Assembly (NCBI GenBank): GCA_964658305.1
Contig: OZ210885.1
Location: 20,274,001-20,338,000 of the forward strand
Length of the DNA: 64,000 bases
Origin: Leptogorgia sarmentosa
Lineage: Eukaryota
Direction: 5' to 3'
Shown here: piece by piece, positions 50,876 through 63,860 of the stretch
Layout of the letters: the number at the start of each line of letters is the position of its first letter
How positions within the stretch are numbered: position 1 is the stretch's first letter
Program-made: the position numbers and the translations under genes
The notes under the pieces: generated by a model
What the model saw: the letters and a program-made list of their open reading frames with translations, nothing else
What the model was told of the DNA's origin: nothing
The model's database searches: none

Positions 50876-51439
50876 AAGAGGTATTACTCAAGTTAAACAA
50901 TAACAAGTCGTAAAAGTACCAGGGGTCGAAAAGGTATCGGAACGTGGGTACCTAGTTCCAAGAAATTTGCTTAAGTAGAGAGCTTTGCAGAAAATTTTCC
51001 AGAAAATATTTCAACATTTTGAGAATGATCTGTTTACTCAATTTACAAATTTTCTACAAGTTCTTGTTCATAACTGTTCTAGTTTTCTACTTATTTACAT
51101 TTTACACTGTATACACTAACATCATGAGAACATTGACACAATGATTATGCATTTGTTTTGTTATTTTTGTACTTATATAAGCATTGCAAATTTCACCGAA
51201 AATTTTGAGCCTTTGTCCCTGCCCCCCCCCCCCCCCCCCCCAAATTTTGTTCAACCCCTGGTCACCACTGCTGTTATGACAACAATGACACATATGGCAA
51301 ATGTTTTGGAAAACAACTGATGTCAGTGGTTGAACCATATGGATTGTTACCTCTCTTAGACTACAAGCAAGTTGTTATCAAGAGGGTCCTGACGGGGTAA
51401 AATGGGAACTGGGATTTGTTATTTTTGGGTGGGAAAATG

Positions 51440-52060
51440 GGAAATAAGACATCATCATCATCATCAAACACCAGCTGCTCAAACTCATTCTCATTTTCAT
51501 CATCTTTGATTCTGTTTTCGTCAACATCGATGTTCAAACAGTCAAGACAAGCACAGAGATTGGTGCACATTAATGGCGCCTTCAAACAAGCACAGCGCCT
51601 TGTAGAACATCCAGACTGACAGCCACAGTTTATGTTCTCAAGGATTCCATCTGGAGCTGCTGGCATCGTCATCCACTTGATTAATACTTGCCCATTCTTG
51701 ATATCCCAACCACATTCATTGATCGGAGGAAGAGGTAGGGTTGCTTGCAATGCATTTTTCCAGATATATGCTTGGTATGATGAGCGACACGTGTGAAGCC
51801 ATAATGCATCTTTTGTACATGGTATTGTGTTCTCTGAATACTGACCAATACTGAAAATGTTAAACGTGCATCGTTGACATCGTTATGGGATAGCTGTTCG
51901 TATAGAAAACAAACATATTTCTGGACATAACAAAATAATTCCTGGGTGACCGCACATGCTGATCCAAGTAACTTGAAGGTGGCAAAGAATTCAGGATGCT
52001 TCTCTAATGTGTTCAACGTCTTGGTTTTTCCTTTTCCATAAAACGCGCTAGTGCTGTCAA
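51440..52060 (-). pseudogene. C-terminal fragment of an Academ-like transposase (H3TH-like motif and CXC domain)
   Basis: STSAFYGKGK; YQAYIWKNA...LPPINECGW...WMTMPAAP...CGCQSGCSTRRCACLKAPLMCTNLCAC. Confidence 0.6.
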
Positions 52061-52563
52061 CAACCTTAAAGAGAAGAATATTGGACTTGGTGGACCAATC
52101 TTCGTTTTTCTATACTATAATACTATTAACAACTAGATTACGAGCTCGATCGCTCGAGATTTCTATGGCATAGCTGACATTTGAGGGGAAAATCCGAACT
52201 ACCTGTCACTTTATGAAAATTGAGAACAAGGAATCTAAGTGTTTCAGTGGAATCCGAGTTATTGTATTTGTACAAAAACATTGAAAAATGTGAGACTATA
52301 CAACAGTGTGCTATAGAAATGGGAAAAAGCCTCTGTTACCAAAAGCACGAGGGAAAAAAGAAACTTAATCACTTCATTCACTGTTTTGAAAGATATTTAG
52401 TCAATACAGGCCTAAGTTGAACTTCTTGGGCACCTACAAAAGTGCCAAATCGTTAATAGATATATATTTGAGGGTTTAATTTATAGATACATCTTATGGA
52501 AATTATTAGATTTAAGGGTTTTAAAGATATATTTTAGGGAAATTATTATATTTCAGAGTTTTA

Positions 52564-52731
52564 TTCTGTGATAAAAATATTTAACTTTAGAATGCAATTT
52601 CTCTTGCACAATTATTATGGAGTCTTTTCTGTGATAAAAATATTTAACTTTGGAATGCAATTTCTCTTGCACAATTATTACGGAGTCTTTTCTGTGATAA
52701 AAATACTTAACTTTGGAATGCAATTTCTCTT
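52564..52731. repeat. 63-bp tandem repeat, ~2.7 copies
   Basis: TTCTGTGATAAAAATA at 52564, 52627 and 52690. Confidence 0.9.
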
Positions 52732-54392
52732 AATGCACTTTGATCCTAATATTTATCAAAATGCGGCTTACATTTATACCTTTGATATGGTGCCAATGCA
52801 CCAATATATGAACTTGCTGTGTGAGACTATTCGATCGCAGGGTTGCACATATCGCACTGGCTACAGTTTACTAACATTGAACATACCTTCAACACAATGA
52901 TGTTCAAAGTTTATATTTGATCTCTGTATAATACTCCCATGCAATATTTGACATATTTCGGATTAAGAAGATTTGATGGCAAAATAATCCATCAAAACTA
53001 ATTATTATCATTAAATTACACTGAAAATGATATAGTAAGAGGGAAAATTCTAAGAACAACCACATAATTTAAATATATTCCCCGAGCCACGGCGTGAAGC
53101 GCCGTCCGGGCATTAGCCCGGGGCGAGGGTAATAATTCCGCCATAGGGGAGGGTCATGGCTTTATAGGATACCCTGAAGGTCGAAACTCGAGATGTCGAG
53201 AGAGGACTGGGGCTAAGTTTGTCTTATTGATTATGTAATTCGGTTATTCGAATATTTTGATATTCGATGATTGATAACTTTCCGACTTCGAGCCCTTAGG
53301 AATTTTTGGATTTTGAGCAGTTTTTTTTGCAATTCACACTTCAAGTACACGTATGGTTTTTACGAATAAGGGATGTTGGCAATAGTCTCCGTCTCCAGGT
53401 AAGCATTAGGGACTTTAAGATAACCGACTACGGACTACAGACTACGGACGGGAGCAGGGTGGAGAACTGGGTCGAGTCACTTAGCTGCTTTTTTGCCACC
53501 GTAGTCATGTTGCGACGGTGAATATCAGGGCTGTTTTTCGTAGTGCCGACTACGGTAAAGGTTTTCTTCAAATTTTTAGCCGGTAAGTTTAGAATTAAAT
53601 ACTTTTAATACAAATTCGGCATTGTAGACGTTTCATGACTCTTATAAGGTTTTGTAGATTGAAGATTGTGACGAATTTTGCCTCCCAATATTTGAATATG
53701 CATGCGTGCACGGCACGCATAAATCATTGCATGAAATATAATTCACGTGTTTGTGTATATTGTAAAACGAAGAATGTCCTAGTGAATCCAAATGTTTAGC
53801 TGTTTATATTATTTTAGAGAAAAGCTGGATTTAATACAGTAAAATGGGAGATAAATCTTGTTCTGAATTAGTAAAGTAAGTACAATTTAAAATTCACTGA
53901 AAAGTGCATATTTATAGTTTTGTATTTAATTATGTTTTGTTCACTTTGTTATTCACTTGACTTATTGTTTGCCTTTATATCTTTTGTCAGCACGAAAAAT
54001 ACTGCTACAAGAAACAAGTAAGTCGTGTGGGTTAACGCGTAATTTGAATGGAGTTTAAAATTGTAATTCTTTTACAATAATATTTCTTATATTGTTGTCT
54101 ATTGAAACCATTTCATCTTGATTTGTATGAATTTATATAAAGACAGTGTTTGTTTAATTGGTTTATACTGATTATGTCATTATATGAAGGAGTTGTTTTA
54201 TCTGAAGTTTTTAATAAACAGATGTGCAGTAATACATAAACTAAAACAGCAGATCAAATTTCAACTAAGGTTTAGGAATTAGGGTTAATCCACTTCAGTA
54301 AAAGATCCTCTGTTGGCCAAGTATTCAGCCAAGCTTTTAACATTAAAACAAAAACATTTACATATAATATAATTTTATACTTTTTCATTTAG

Positions 54393-55260
54393 TGGCACAT
54401 TTCGCTGGGATGATGCCAAAGACGAAATACTTCTCAGAGAAGTTCGTGTGGTGGAACCGTATATATGGAAGGGTGGCAGCAAACAGGCTGGGCAAGGATG
54501 GACTGAGACTGCAAAATTGGTCAATACATATGAGGGATTCAAAGATTTGCCAAGGGATCAACGAGCTGTGCGAGAATGGTTTAATAAGTTAATGGGAGAG
54601 TTTCGGTCAAAAACAAGGGCAGAACTGAATGCAAGTGGTATCAGCCCAGATCCACCAACGGAAATTGAAATCCTTCTTGAAGAAATTTCTGAAATTATGT
54701 TAAACACTGTTCATACTGATAAAAACAAACATGAAAAAGATGAAAGAGCGAAGGCTTTGTCAGTGAGGAATGCAGCTATGCATACATGGGGTAAGAGCAA
54801 AGAAAGATTGGGATCAAGTGAAGATGAGTCAGATGGAAGTAGTGAAGAGAGCAATAAGACTAAGCAGACTAAACGAAGAAAACAAAGGAAAAGAAAGAGC
54901 AGTGGTGATGCTTTTGAGTTTTTAAGAATGTGATCCGAGCATTCTATGTTAGTTCAACAGCAGGAAATAGAACTTCGGAAACAACAGGCTATGCTTGAAC
55001 AACAAAAGTTTGATGCCAGAGAGAAAAAACAGCAGCAGAAACAAGATGAGCTGATATCACAGCAGCAAAAAATGAATCAGCTTCTAGAAAATCAACAAAA
55101 ACAATTTAATTTACAGCAGCAACAGCAGCAGATGTAAATGCAGATGTAAATGCAGATGTAAATGCAGATGTAAATGCAGATGTAAATGCAGATGTAAATG
55201 CAGATGCAAATGCAGATGCAGGCAGCAATGCTGGCTGTGTTAGAAAAGGTTGCCAAATGA
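54393..55260 (+). pseudogene. Harbinger Myb/SANT-like DNA-binding protein exon with Q/QM-rich tail and premature stops
   Basis: FRWDDAKDEILLREV...GWTETAKLVN...RAVREWFNKL...ASGI; TGA at 54931 and TAA at 55135. Confidence 0.75.
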
Positions 55261-55689
55261 CATTTTGTTGACATAAAATGACGAACAGCTTTGATTATAT
55301 TCTGACTCATATTTATGACATTTCCTATTTATTCTACAACATTCTAGTGGATTGTTGCATTTTGGAGAGTAACAATATCATTCTAGTTTGGTTTCAATAA
55401 TGACAGTGGCAAAGCTAGCCATAGCAAATGGTCATGCTATGCAAAATTTTCATTATTTGCACTATTCAAACCTATAAGATTAAAATGATTTGTTTGCTAT
55501 TAATAGTGTAGCATCACTGGTTTCCATGGCTGCATGACTTTGCTACTGAGTTATGATATTTCTTGTTTTTAATGTTATGTTGTTTCAGGTTTTCATATCC
55601 TGCAAATGTGTTACACTAGTTAATGGTCCATCCCTGATAAGTTTAACCTTAGGATGTATTGTCAGTGGCTTGATGATTAATTAAAACAT

Positions 55690-56751
55690 TAGTTCAAGAC
55701 AGGTATTCATCAACTGTTGGTGGTGCAATGTCAAAATAGTCTGATGTCATATTTCCATAAAAACAAGTTAATATATTTCTCATGAGTGCACTAACAAGGT
55801 ACTGCTTACCAACTGCACTCAAATGTATTTTGAGGTTTTCTTGTAGTCTATAAACTTAAAATAGTTGGAAATATCCCCAAATAGCCATTCCACCGAAACT
55901 CGTACCTCACTCATGGCTTTGTTGAAGGCTGTAATTTGAGGGGTAAGCTCCTGTACATCACCTACTTTGTATGGGCACATCAGCTGCGGGCGAAGGGGAT
56001 AGGCTGGGTCCCCATAAATGCATAAAATATCATCAGCAGGATTGTATGCCACTTGTTGCAAGGCAGCAAGAACACTTGAATCTTTGAGCATACCTGCATC
56101 ATGACGCCAACCTTCGACTGGACCAAACAAATTAGCAACAATACCATTAGGTAAAGCTACAGCCTGAAATTTGAGGGCATGTACTCTCTTATGACCGTTA
56201 TATACCACGCGTTGGTTCTTCCCTGGACGACAGATCTGTCGAACTGTTCCATCAACAAAACCAAAACAGTTCCTGAGGGGTGCACCTTTTCTAGCAATTG
56301 CTATTGCATAACTCTCAAGGCACACTCTTGAAAGAAATGGTTGGTTCCATGATGTAAGTCGATAGCCATGTGTTGTGTATACCCAGTCGAGGACGGTGTT
56401 AGTGATCATGCATAATTCTGGAACAGGACGACCAAAACTGTGAATCATATCTGAGGAACAGCAAGGATAATTTAGTCTTTTCAACAAAATACACAAGCCT
56501 TCCATTCCACTACAAACAGTTCCTTGAGGACAAACAAATCTTTCTGGAATACGAAGCGATTGCTTTAAAAGAGGCAGGTCATGTTTTTCAAACCTGAATT
56601 CCGCTTTGCATTCATGGGGATCCAAATTTTCAAAATCGAATCCATTGTATGTCCAGTAAGGAAATTCTGGATTTTGAGGTTTGTACTGTGCAAATAAAAC
56701 AACAAATTCCTCTTCGCTTATAATTTGATCACTTTTACACTTTGTATGCAA
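55690..56751 (-). pseudogene. Harbinger DDE transposase (HARBI1-like family), frameshift near 55835
   Basis: FGFVDGT, YNGHKRVHALKFQ, IYGDPAYP, RVSVEWLFG. Confidence 0.9.
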
Positions 56752-56917
56752 GGAGAACAGAACTTAACCGTAGCTGTATTCGTGGTGTTCTATCTTAAAG
56801 TTCCCGCGCGCGGTAGATGGTGACAGTACTCGACCCAGTCCATGCGCCGATTTTTAACCGTAGTCTGTAGTCGGTTATCTTAAAGTCCCTATTTATTGTT
56901 GTTTGAGGAATAGTTGG

Positions 56918-59900
56918 TGTAGTATTCTTATAGTATGATGATATAAGGCACGCTCTTTGAGTGGTTATAACAATAATGACTTTAATAACTATGGAATGCT
57001 AGCTATATATAAGTGACGTCACATAAGTAATGACGTCAGGTTATTACATCCCTCCCTTGTTTTGAATGGAAGTTCGTCGAGTGTTCGTATGAAGTAATTT
57101 GAACTAATCAAAAACCACTGGCCTAAACTGAAGTATATATATATATATATTTAGTAAGTTTGAATATTGTTAATGCTGATACTCAATGTTTAAACGTTCT
57201 GGGGGTCTCCTATTTTCTCTTGTGGGGTAACGCCTAGTTTCCGCAGGATGGTCCAGTGTTGGAACGTTGATTTCAAAACAAAACGAACGAGATTTTGACG
57301 AACGAGAACAGTGTCACCAACTTGAAAGCTGTGTGGTCTTGCTTTGGCTGCGGTATCGGCATATTCTTTCATCTTTTCCTTTTGGAGATCGATATCGGCG
57401 AACTGGGATCGTGATGGTGACATGGGGACTAGTTCCGGTAACTTGACGGTTAATTTTCGTCCAAAGAGGAGCTCGGCAGGGGAAATTCCTGTGGTGGAAT
57501 GTGGCGTCGCACGGTAGTTTCTGAGGAAAAGAAATAGTTCTTGTTGCCAATGCTTGTTTTCGAGGTGGGCAGCGCGGAGGGTTTTCTGAATGGTGCGCAT
57601 GAAACGTTCAGACTCAGAATTTGCTTTGGGCCATTCTGGAGTAATCTTGCGGTGGTGAAACCCCATGTATTGCGCGAACCGGGCGAAGGAGTGGCTTTGA
57701 AATGGAGGTCCGTTGTCCGACTTGATTACTCGAGGAATACCATGCGTGGATAAAATACGGTCGGGTTTCGGAATGACGGTATTTGCAGAGGTGGAGCGAA
57801 CAATCTCAACCTCGGGATAGCGCGAATATTCGTCGATTACCACAAAGAACATATTGCCGGAAGGAAGAGGGCCACAGAAATCGACAGAGAGTTGTTGCCA
57901 AGGGGCCTGTGGTAACTCGGTCATGCGTAGGGGTTCAAACGGCTGTTGAACAACGGTTGCCTGACAGGCGAGACAGGTGTCAATGAGCTTTTTCGTAAGC
58001 CCATCGATTCCAGGGAACCAAATCTTTTCGCGGAGCAGCTGTTTGGTTTTGGTAAGGCCTTGATGACCTTCATGGGCAATGTGGAGAGCACGTTGACGAA
58101 GGGCATGTGGGAGGATGAGACGGTGGGAGCGAAGAAGGAGATCATGATCGTCAGATACACTCAGTTCGTCGCGAATATGGTAGAGAGCGTGGAGGTCCTG
58201 GGAGTTGACAAGGGGACTGGGTGTTTCAAACGTTGAGTGCCAGGAGTAATTACGGAGGGCTGCGATGACAGCTTGGAGAGTAGGGTCAGCACGAGTGGAT
58301 TGTTTCACTTCAGAAACGGTCATAGCTTTGGGAGTGGTATGATCCGCCAAAAACGCGATATATTCCTCCGCCTGGTCGGATGCGGTGGAAGGATGAGTTG
58401 TAACTAGAGGGTGACGGGACAAATAATCTGCGGGGTTGGTTTTGCCAGGAGAATAGGAAATGGTGAAGTGATATGGTTGGAGCTTGAGGGCCCAGCGTTC
58501 TAATCGAGCATTGGAACGAGCAGCGGGATTGGTGAAGATGCGTTCAAGGGGTTTGTGATCTGTTATGATGTTGAATTTCGCAACGTATATATATAGATGA
58601 AAATGTTCACAGGCAAACAGTACACCGAGGGCTTCGCGTTCGGTTTGGGAATACCGTTGTTCTACGGGAGTGAGAGAACGACTTGCGTAGGCAACGACAT
58701 GGTTGTCTTGGCAAAGAATAGCACCAAGACCAACAGGGCTGGCATCGACAATTATGGTGGCTTCTTTGTGGGGGTTGAAGTACGGGAGAACGGTGTCGCT
58801 GGTGAGAAGATGCTTCAGTTGATCAAAAGCGTGTTGATGCTGGGGTGTCCATGTCCAGGGCTGATCGGATTTGGTAAGCGTACGGAGGGGTTCGGTGATG
58901 GTGGAATAATTGGGGATAATCGCGAGCAGTAGTTGGTCATACCGAGAAAACTGCGAACTTCATGAGCGGTGGTAGGGGGACTGGTATTGTTGATGGCAGA
59001 GACTTTCTTGGGGTCCGGAGAAAAACCATTTTTGGAGAAGATATACCCAAAGAACTCGATGCTGGATTTGTTAAACTCGCACTTTTTGGCATTCAACGTA
59101 AGGTTCTTAGAGCGTAAACGTTCAAAAACAGCATGAAGCGCTTTGTCATGTGCCGCTTGGTCGATACCAAAAATGATGATATCATCGCTAACATTACGAG
59201 CACCTTCGATACCACTGAGGACTTGTTGGATGGCATCTTGGAAGACTTCCGCGGCGGATGACGTACCAAAATTTAAGCGGGTGTAGCGGTGAGGTCCGCC
59301 GTGCGTGGAAAACGTTGTGATATAGCGGCTTTCGGGGGCGAGTTCGAGTGGTGGTAACCAGAGTTCAAATCAATTTTGGAGAAAACAGTGGCACCGTTGA
59401 GATCATGAATGAGGTCATCAATAGTCGGTGTAAGATGACGTTCACGAAGGATCGCACGATTGGGTTGGCGCATATCGATACAAAGGCGAATCTCATCAGG
59501 GTTCTTTGGTTTTGGTGTCACAACGAGAGGGGACACCCAAGGAGTAGGGCCATCAACCGGTTCGATGATACCTTGTCGTTCGAGTTTGTCAAGTTCAACA
59601 TCGAACTTTTTACGAAGGTGGAACGGAATTCTCCGATGAGGTTGCGTCACGGGGGGTACAGAAGGATCGACATGTAGATGAACTTGAAAGTCCTTCATCT
59701 TGCCAATACCGGCAAAAAGGTCGGAATATTCAGAACGTAATTGCGTGCTGCTAAGTGCGGAAAGCGGTGAGGTGGTGTTGACAGATGCGTTGGTTTGATC
59801 GATGACAGAGATAAGTTCTAATTCAGTTGCAGTTTGGTAGCTTAAAAGGCAACCATTTTCGCCCTTAATAACATAGATGGTAGCAGGAGTTGTGCGGGTT

Positions 59901-61266
59901 TTCGATTCAACGCGAGTGTCGAATGTTCCAAGAACAGGTAAAGGTGAGGTACCGCCGTAACTGTAAATTTTCGTGGAGGTATGACGTAAGGAAAGCTGAT
60001 TATTCTGCGGAGATTTCGTGATGGCGTGATAAGCCCGTTCATCAATCACATTAATGCTGGCGCCGGAATCAATCAACACTTGAAGTGGGACATTTGCAAT
60101 CATAACTTTGGCCTTTGGGGTGGTTAAATTGCTGACTTGGGAAATAGTTACAGTGAAAAGATACTCATCATCAGAGATAGGGTCTTGTTGAGTGTCGGTG
60201 ACATGGCGAATCTCGCGGGGAGGGGGTTGACATGGAAAGGAATTAGGAGGGGGTGGTTGATGGCGTGATTGAGGACGGGGGGAGAAACTTTCAACGAACG
60301 ATTGTCTGATGGGTTTAGATCGACAACAACGGGCAAAATGGTTCATTTTGCCACACGAACGACACTGGGAGCCGCGCGCAGGACAGCTGACTTGACCTTG
60401 TGGATGGGGATAGGCTTGGCCACAATGTCCACACGTGGAGGATGGGCTTGGGAACTCTCGAGAACGTGGGAAAGGAGCAGATGGCGATTGACGGGATGGA
60501 GAACGCTGGGACATACGAGTATAGTTTAAAAGTTCAGTTTCATCAGGAGAAATGGATTTAGATTCAATGCCAGAGGCTTGTTTTTCCGATAGTTCCATGG
60601 CGCGACCGAGATCAAGGAGTGCCTTGAGGGTTAAGGATGAGTCACGAAGTGCGCGTCGACGAAGTTGAGACGAGGAACAGTTGAGGATTATCTGCGATTT
60701 GATTTCTTTGTCAATGGAGGGAAATTCGCAAGTTGAGCCCAGTTGGCGCAGACGAGTGGTAAATTGATCGAGCGTCTCAGTGGTTGACGAGCTTGACGAA
60801 AAAGGTAGATTTCATAATCAACATTACGTTGCGGAGTAAAATGTTCGGTTAGGTGGTCCATTGCTTTCTTGTAGTCTTTAGCGTCACCGGTATCCGTTAG
60901 GGTCTCGAATATATCGAATGCTGACGAGCCAATATAGTGCAAAAGAAGTGCGCGTTTGCGTGTCTCATTGTCGATATCCATGGCAAGAAGGAAGTTTTCG
61001 AAACGTTTTTTCCATTTAGTCCAGCGTTGACCGGTCGCGGTTGGGTCATCTTCAACATTGAACGGAGGAAACGGTGGTAAGGATGAGGCCATAGCGCATG
61101 TGGAGAGATTGTTTTGTTTTGATCCTCGTCGCCAATGTAGTATTCTTATAGTATGATGATATAAGGCACGCTCTTTGAGTGGTTATAACAATAATGACTT
61201 TAATAACTATGGAATGCTAGCTATATATAAGTGACGTCACATAAGTAATGACGTCAGGTTATTACA
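56918..61266 (-). mobile_element. Gypsy (Mag-like) LTR retrotransposon with identical 131-bp LTRs
   Basis: LTRs TG...CA at 56918-57048 and 61136-61266; TSD GTTGG; PBS TGGCGACGAGGAT (tRNA-Ser-like) at 61134-61122; PPT next to 57049. Confidence 0.95.
57290..61092 (-). pseudogene. gag-pol polyprotein (zinc knuckles, DSG protease, RT, RNase H, integrase) with at least 3 frameshifts
   Basis: ORFs 60688-61092, 59273-60598, 58815-59096 and 57190-58422; IDSGAS, KIDLNSGYH, SDDII, HEGHQG, SDNGPPF. Confidence 0.9.
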
Positions 61267-61497
61267 GTTGGAATACGAAATTGTAGTAGAAACGGGAGAC
61301 TATATACATATAAAGATACACTGTACTGAACAATAAACATGTGTTTCAGATCAAATTATTTATACATATTTTACATGATAGCTAAACTTTAACCTAAACT
61401 CTACCTGACATTCCCTGTACATCTCTTGTATTTCAAAGCATTTGAAAACAAGAGTTAGGGATCAGTAGGTGTTGTAGAGTAGTTTGTTTGATACAAT

Positions 61498-63860
61498 TTA
61501 ACCAATAAATTTAACAATTTTGTAAGCATGCTTATGCTTATTTGGTTGTTTATTGTGAGGAAACATTGTAAATGTTTTACTTTTAAGGCAAGTATGGAGG
61601 TGCGATCTCATCTGGCCTTGGTGAAATTTAATTGATGCTGGATCTATTCCACTGGCAATTGCTACACAGTTGGCGATAGCAAAAAGACCACAATCATTGT
61701 AATTACTTTGCAACTGAGGACGGACAAGTTTCACAATGGGATTAGGTGTGCCTTGTGAAAGATGTGGATATACTGCCTTTAATTGTTTCACAAGACTTGC
61801 TGAAAAATTGAGATAAAGGGAATCATAGACTGTCAATGTGCCATTTATGAAAGCTGACATCACCCAATGCTTGATATTGAGGTTGTGTATCTGTATTCCA
61901 TCCTTTTTTATAGTATTGGTAACTTTTCCACAAGATACAAGCAAAGTGTCCATGAATCCTTCAAGGTTGGGGAATTGGGATTTCATAATGCATTGACTGG
62001 CATATATGTGCTTGTCTGACAGCCATCCATTTAGTGTTAATAGTACATTCTCATCACCAATTGTGAGGTGCAAATCAGCCATCCATGGGGATCCAGGTCG
62101 ATCCTCAAATCTATTGCTTTCCCTCTTCCGCAATGTACCTTCATTAAAACTTTCAACAGGAATGTTTACTTTGTAGCTCTTTCTTAGCATTTCTGCAGAT
62201 TGACCAACCCGCCCTGTGTAACGATGTTTTGGCCTCCCATATTTCCCCTTCGGTAGTTGTTGTATTTTTCTCTTTTTTCTGGCTGATGACTTGTTCTCTT
62301 CTGTAGGACCGTTTGCCTTCCTTTTACGTTTTGCTTTGTTGTTCATCTCCAGTGCAAGACCATTGCAATCTGATGGCAGTGATTCTTTGACATCTTCCCA
62401 GATTTTACATAACAAGTTCTCCAAATCCTTGATTGATGAAATATCTCTCAGCAAGTATGTTGCACTTGTCAACTGCTTTAGGACCTCACTGCATTTTTTT
62501 CTTATGCTGTGTTGTCTTGAAGACAGTTCGTGGAGGTAATTCAATAAACCCTTTATCACTATGTTGATCTAATTTCATTTGTTTTTGGCCATTGTTGTAA
62601 CTCATATCTGCTACTTGATTTCCCCCATCTGCATGATCAGTTACCCTACCATTCTCTTTTTCAGACAGTTTGTGGTCGTTCAGTGATGCAATACCAGCAA
62701 TGCAGAAGTCATCAAGGCAAAATAAAGGATTATTTTTATAGAGTGATGAAAGGGATTCCCACTTCCATTGAGTGTGTTGAAATATTGCACAGAAGTGTTT
62801 GCACAGTAAGCGATGTTTTTGCCAGTCCAAACATTGGCAGCTGGGATATATGGATTGGTTGCCAAATCGAACCAGATAAGTTTTTGTTGATAATGTGCTT
62901 CTAACTTTGAATTCACCCTCATTTTCAAGGTGTGTTATGTTACGTGGTCCTATGGCTCCTTCCCATCGTTTCATAATGTGGATTACCATGTCTCTTGATC
63001 GGTTGTTCAAAAAAGGTGGGAGAGCACTGTTGTATTTGCTATATCCATCACTATATTTCACATTCAGCTGTAAGTACCTAAACATACATAAAGAACGCAA
63101 ATGGAATGATACTCTGGCAATATGGAAAATACCTCTTTCACTACATTTCTCACTATATTTACCACATTTATCTATCACCATATTCACTTTTCATACTTTC
63201 AGACTTGTTAGTGGGGTGGGGGGGGGGGGGGCATTTTGACACTTAATATTATATAGAAAGTGGGTTTTTGAAGGGGGATTATTTGGGGGGATAGGGTTTG
63301 TATGGTAATACTTACTTTGTGTATATCTCTGGAATAAATGTTGTGTTAATATTGTGAGCATTGCACTTAATGTGTTGTTCTTTTCACGCTTCAGGTAATC
63401 ATACTTGAAGGCTTCATTTTGCCGTTAAATTCCATTGTTCGTATGAACTGCAGTTATTAAATCATCCCCACGAAAAGCTTGAGCCCATCTCTACATAATG
63501 AAAAAAACAACCTTTTGAACAGCTAATTAAAACAGGTAAGATCAAACTTCGTTATATAATCATAAAATTAAAATAAATCATACACTGTAACTTGTAAGTT
63601 AGTATTTCATATACAAACCTCTGCTTCTGGTAACCAGGCACTTGTAAACCACCGTGATAGTTTTTGATTCTTCTTAAACAGTTGGCTACTTTGAAAGTCA
63701 CTTAAAGCTTCCTTATAGTCATCCATTGTTTGAGCATGGGCTATTTTCTGTAGCATTCCCAAGCATTCTTCACGTCTGCCAGTCACTCCATTATCAATTT
63801 TGGATGTCCATTCCATCCATGCCTTTTCCCTGTGAAAATCACAGATAAAGGTTCTGGAAT
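61498..63860 (-). pseudogene. MULE-type transposase with SWIM finger and C-terminal Ulp1 (C48) protease; spliced, frameshift near 62550; continues beyond the window
   Basis: FICDFHREKAW (MULE CxxH); SCQCLDWQKHRLLCKHF (SWIM); GWLSDKHI, KHWV, VYDSL, QSNYNDCGLFAIA (Ulp1 triad). Confidence 0.8.

Larger units (their letters stand above)
53408..56890. mobile_element. Harbinger transposon with convergent Myb/SANT-like and transposase genes
   Basis: TIR AGGGACTTTAAGATAACCGACTAC / GTAGTCGGTTATCTTAAAGTCCCT; 3-bp TSD ATT. Confidence 0.92.

Noticed and set aside
50920..51260. hAT MITE bounded by CAGGGGTCGAA / TTCAACCCCTG
   Set aside because: Ends look TIR-like but the 8-bp flanks (AAAAGTAC versus GTCACCAC) do not match, so pairing is unsupported.
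55092..55310. Minus-strand ORF with CIYI repeats
   Set aside because: Antisense translation of the 12-bp QM repeat.
55690..56751. Host gene HARBI1
   Set aside because: Enclosed by TIRs and a TSD with a Myb-like partner and frameshifted, so it is a transposon copy; no gene symbol given.
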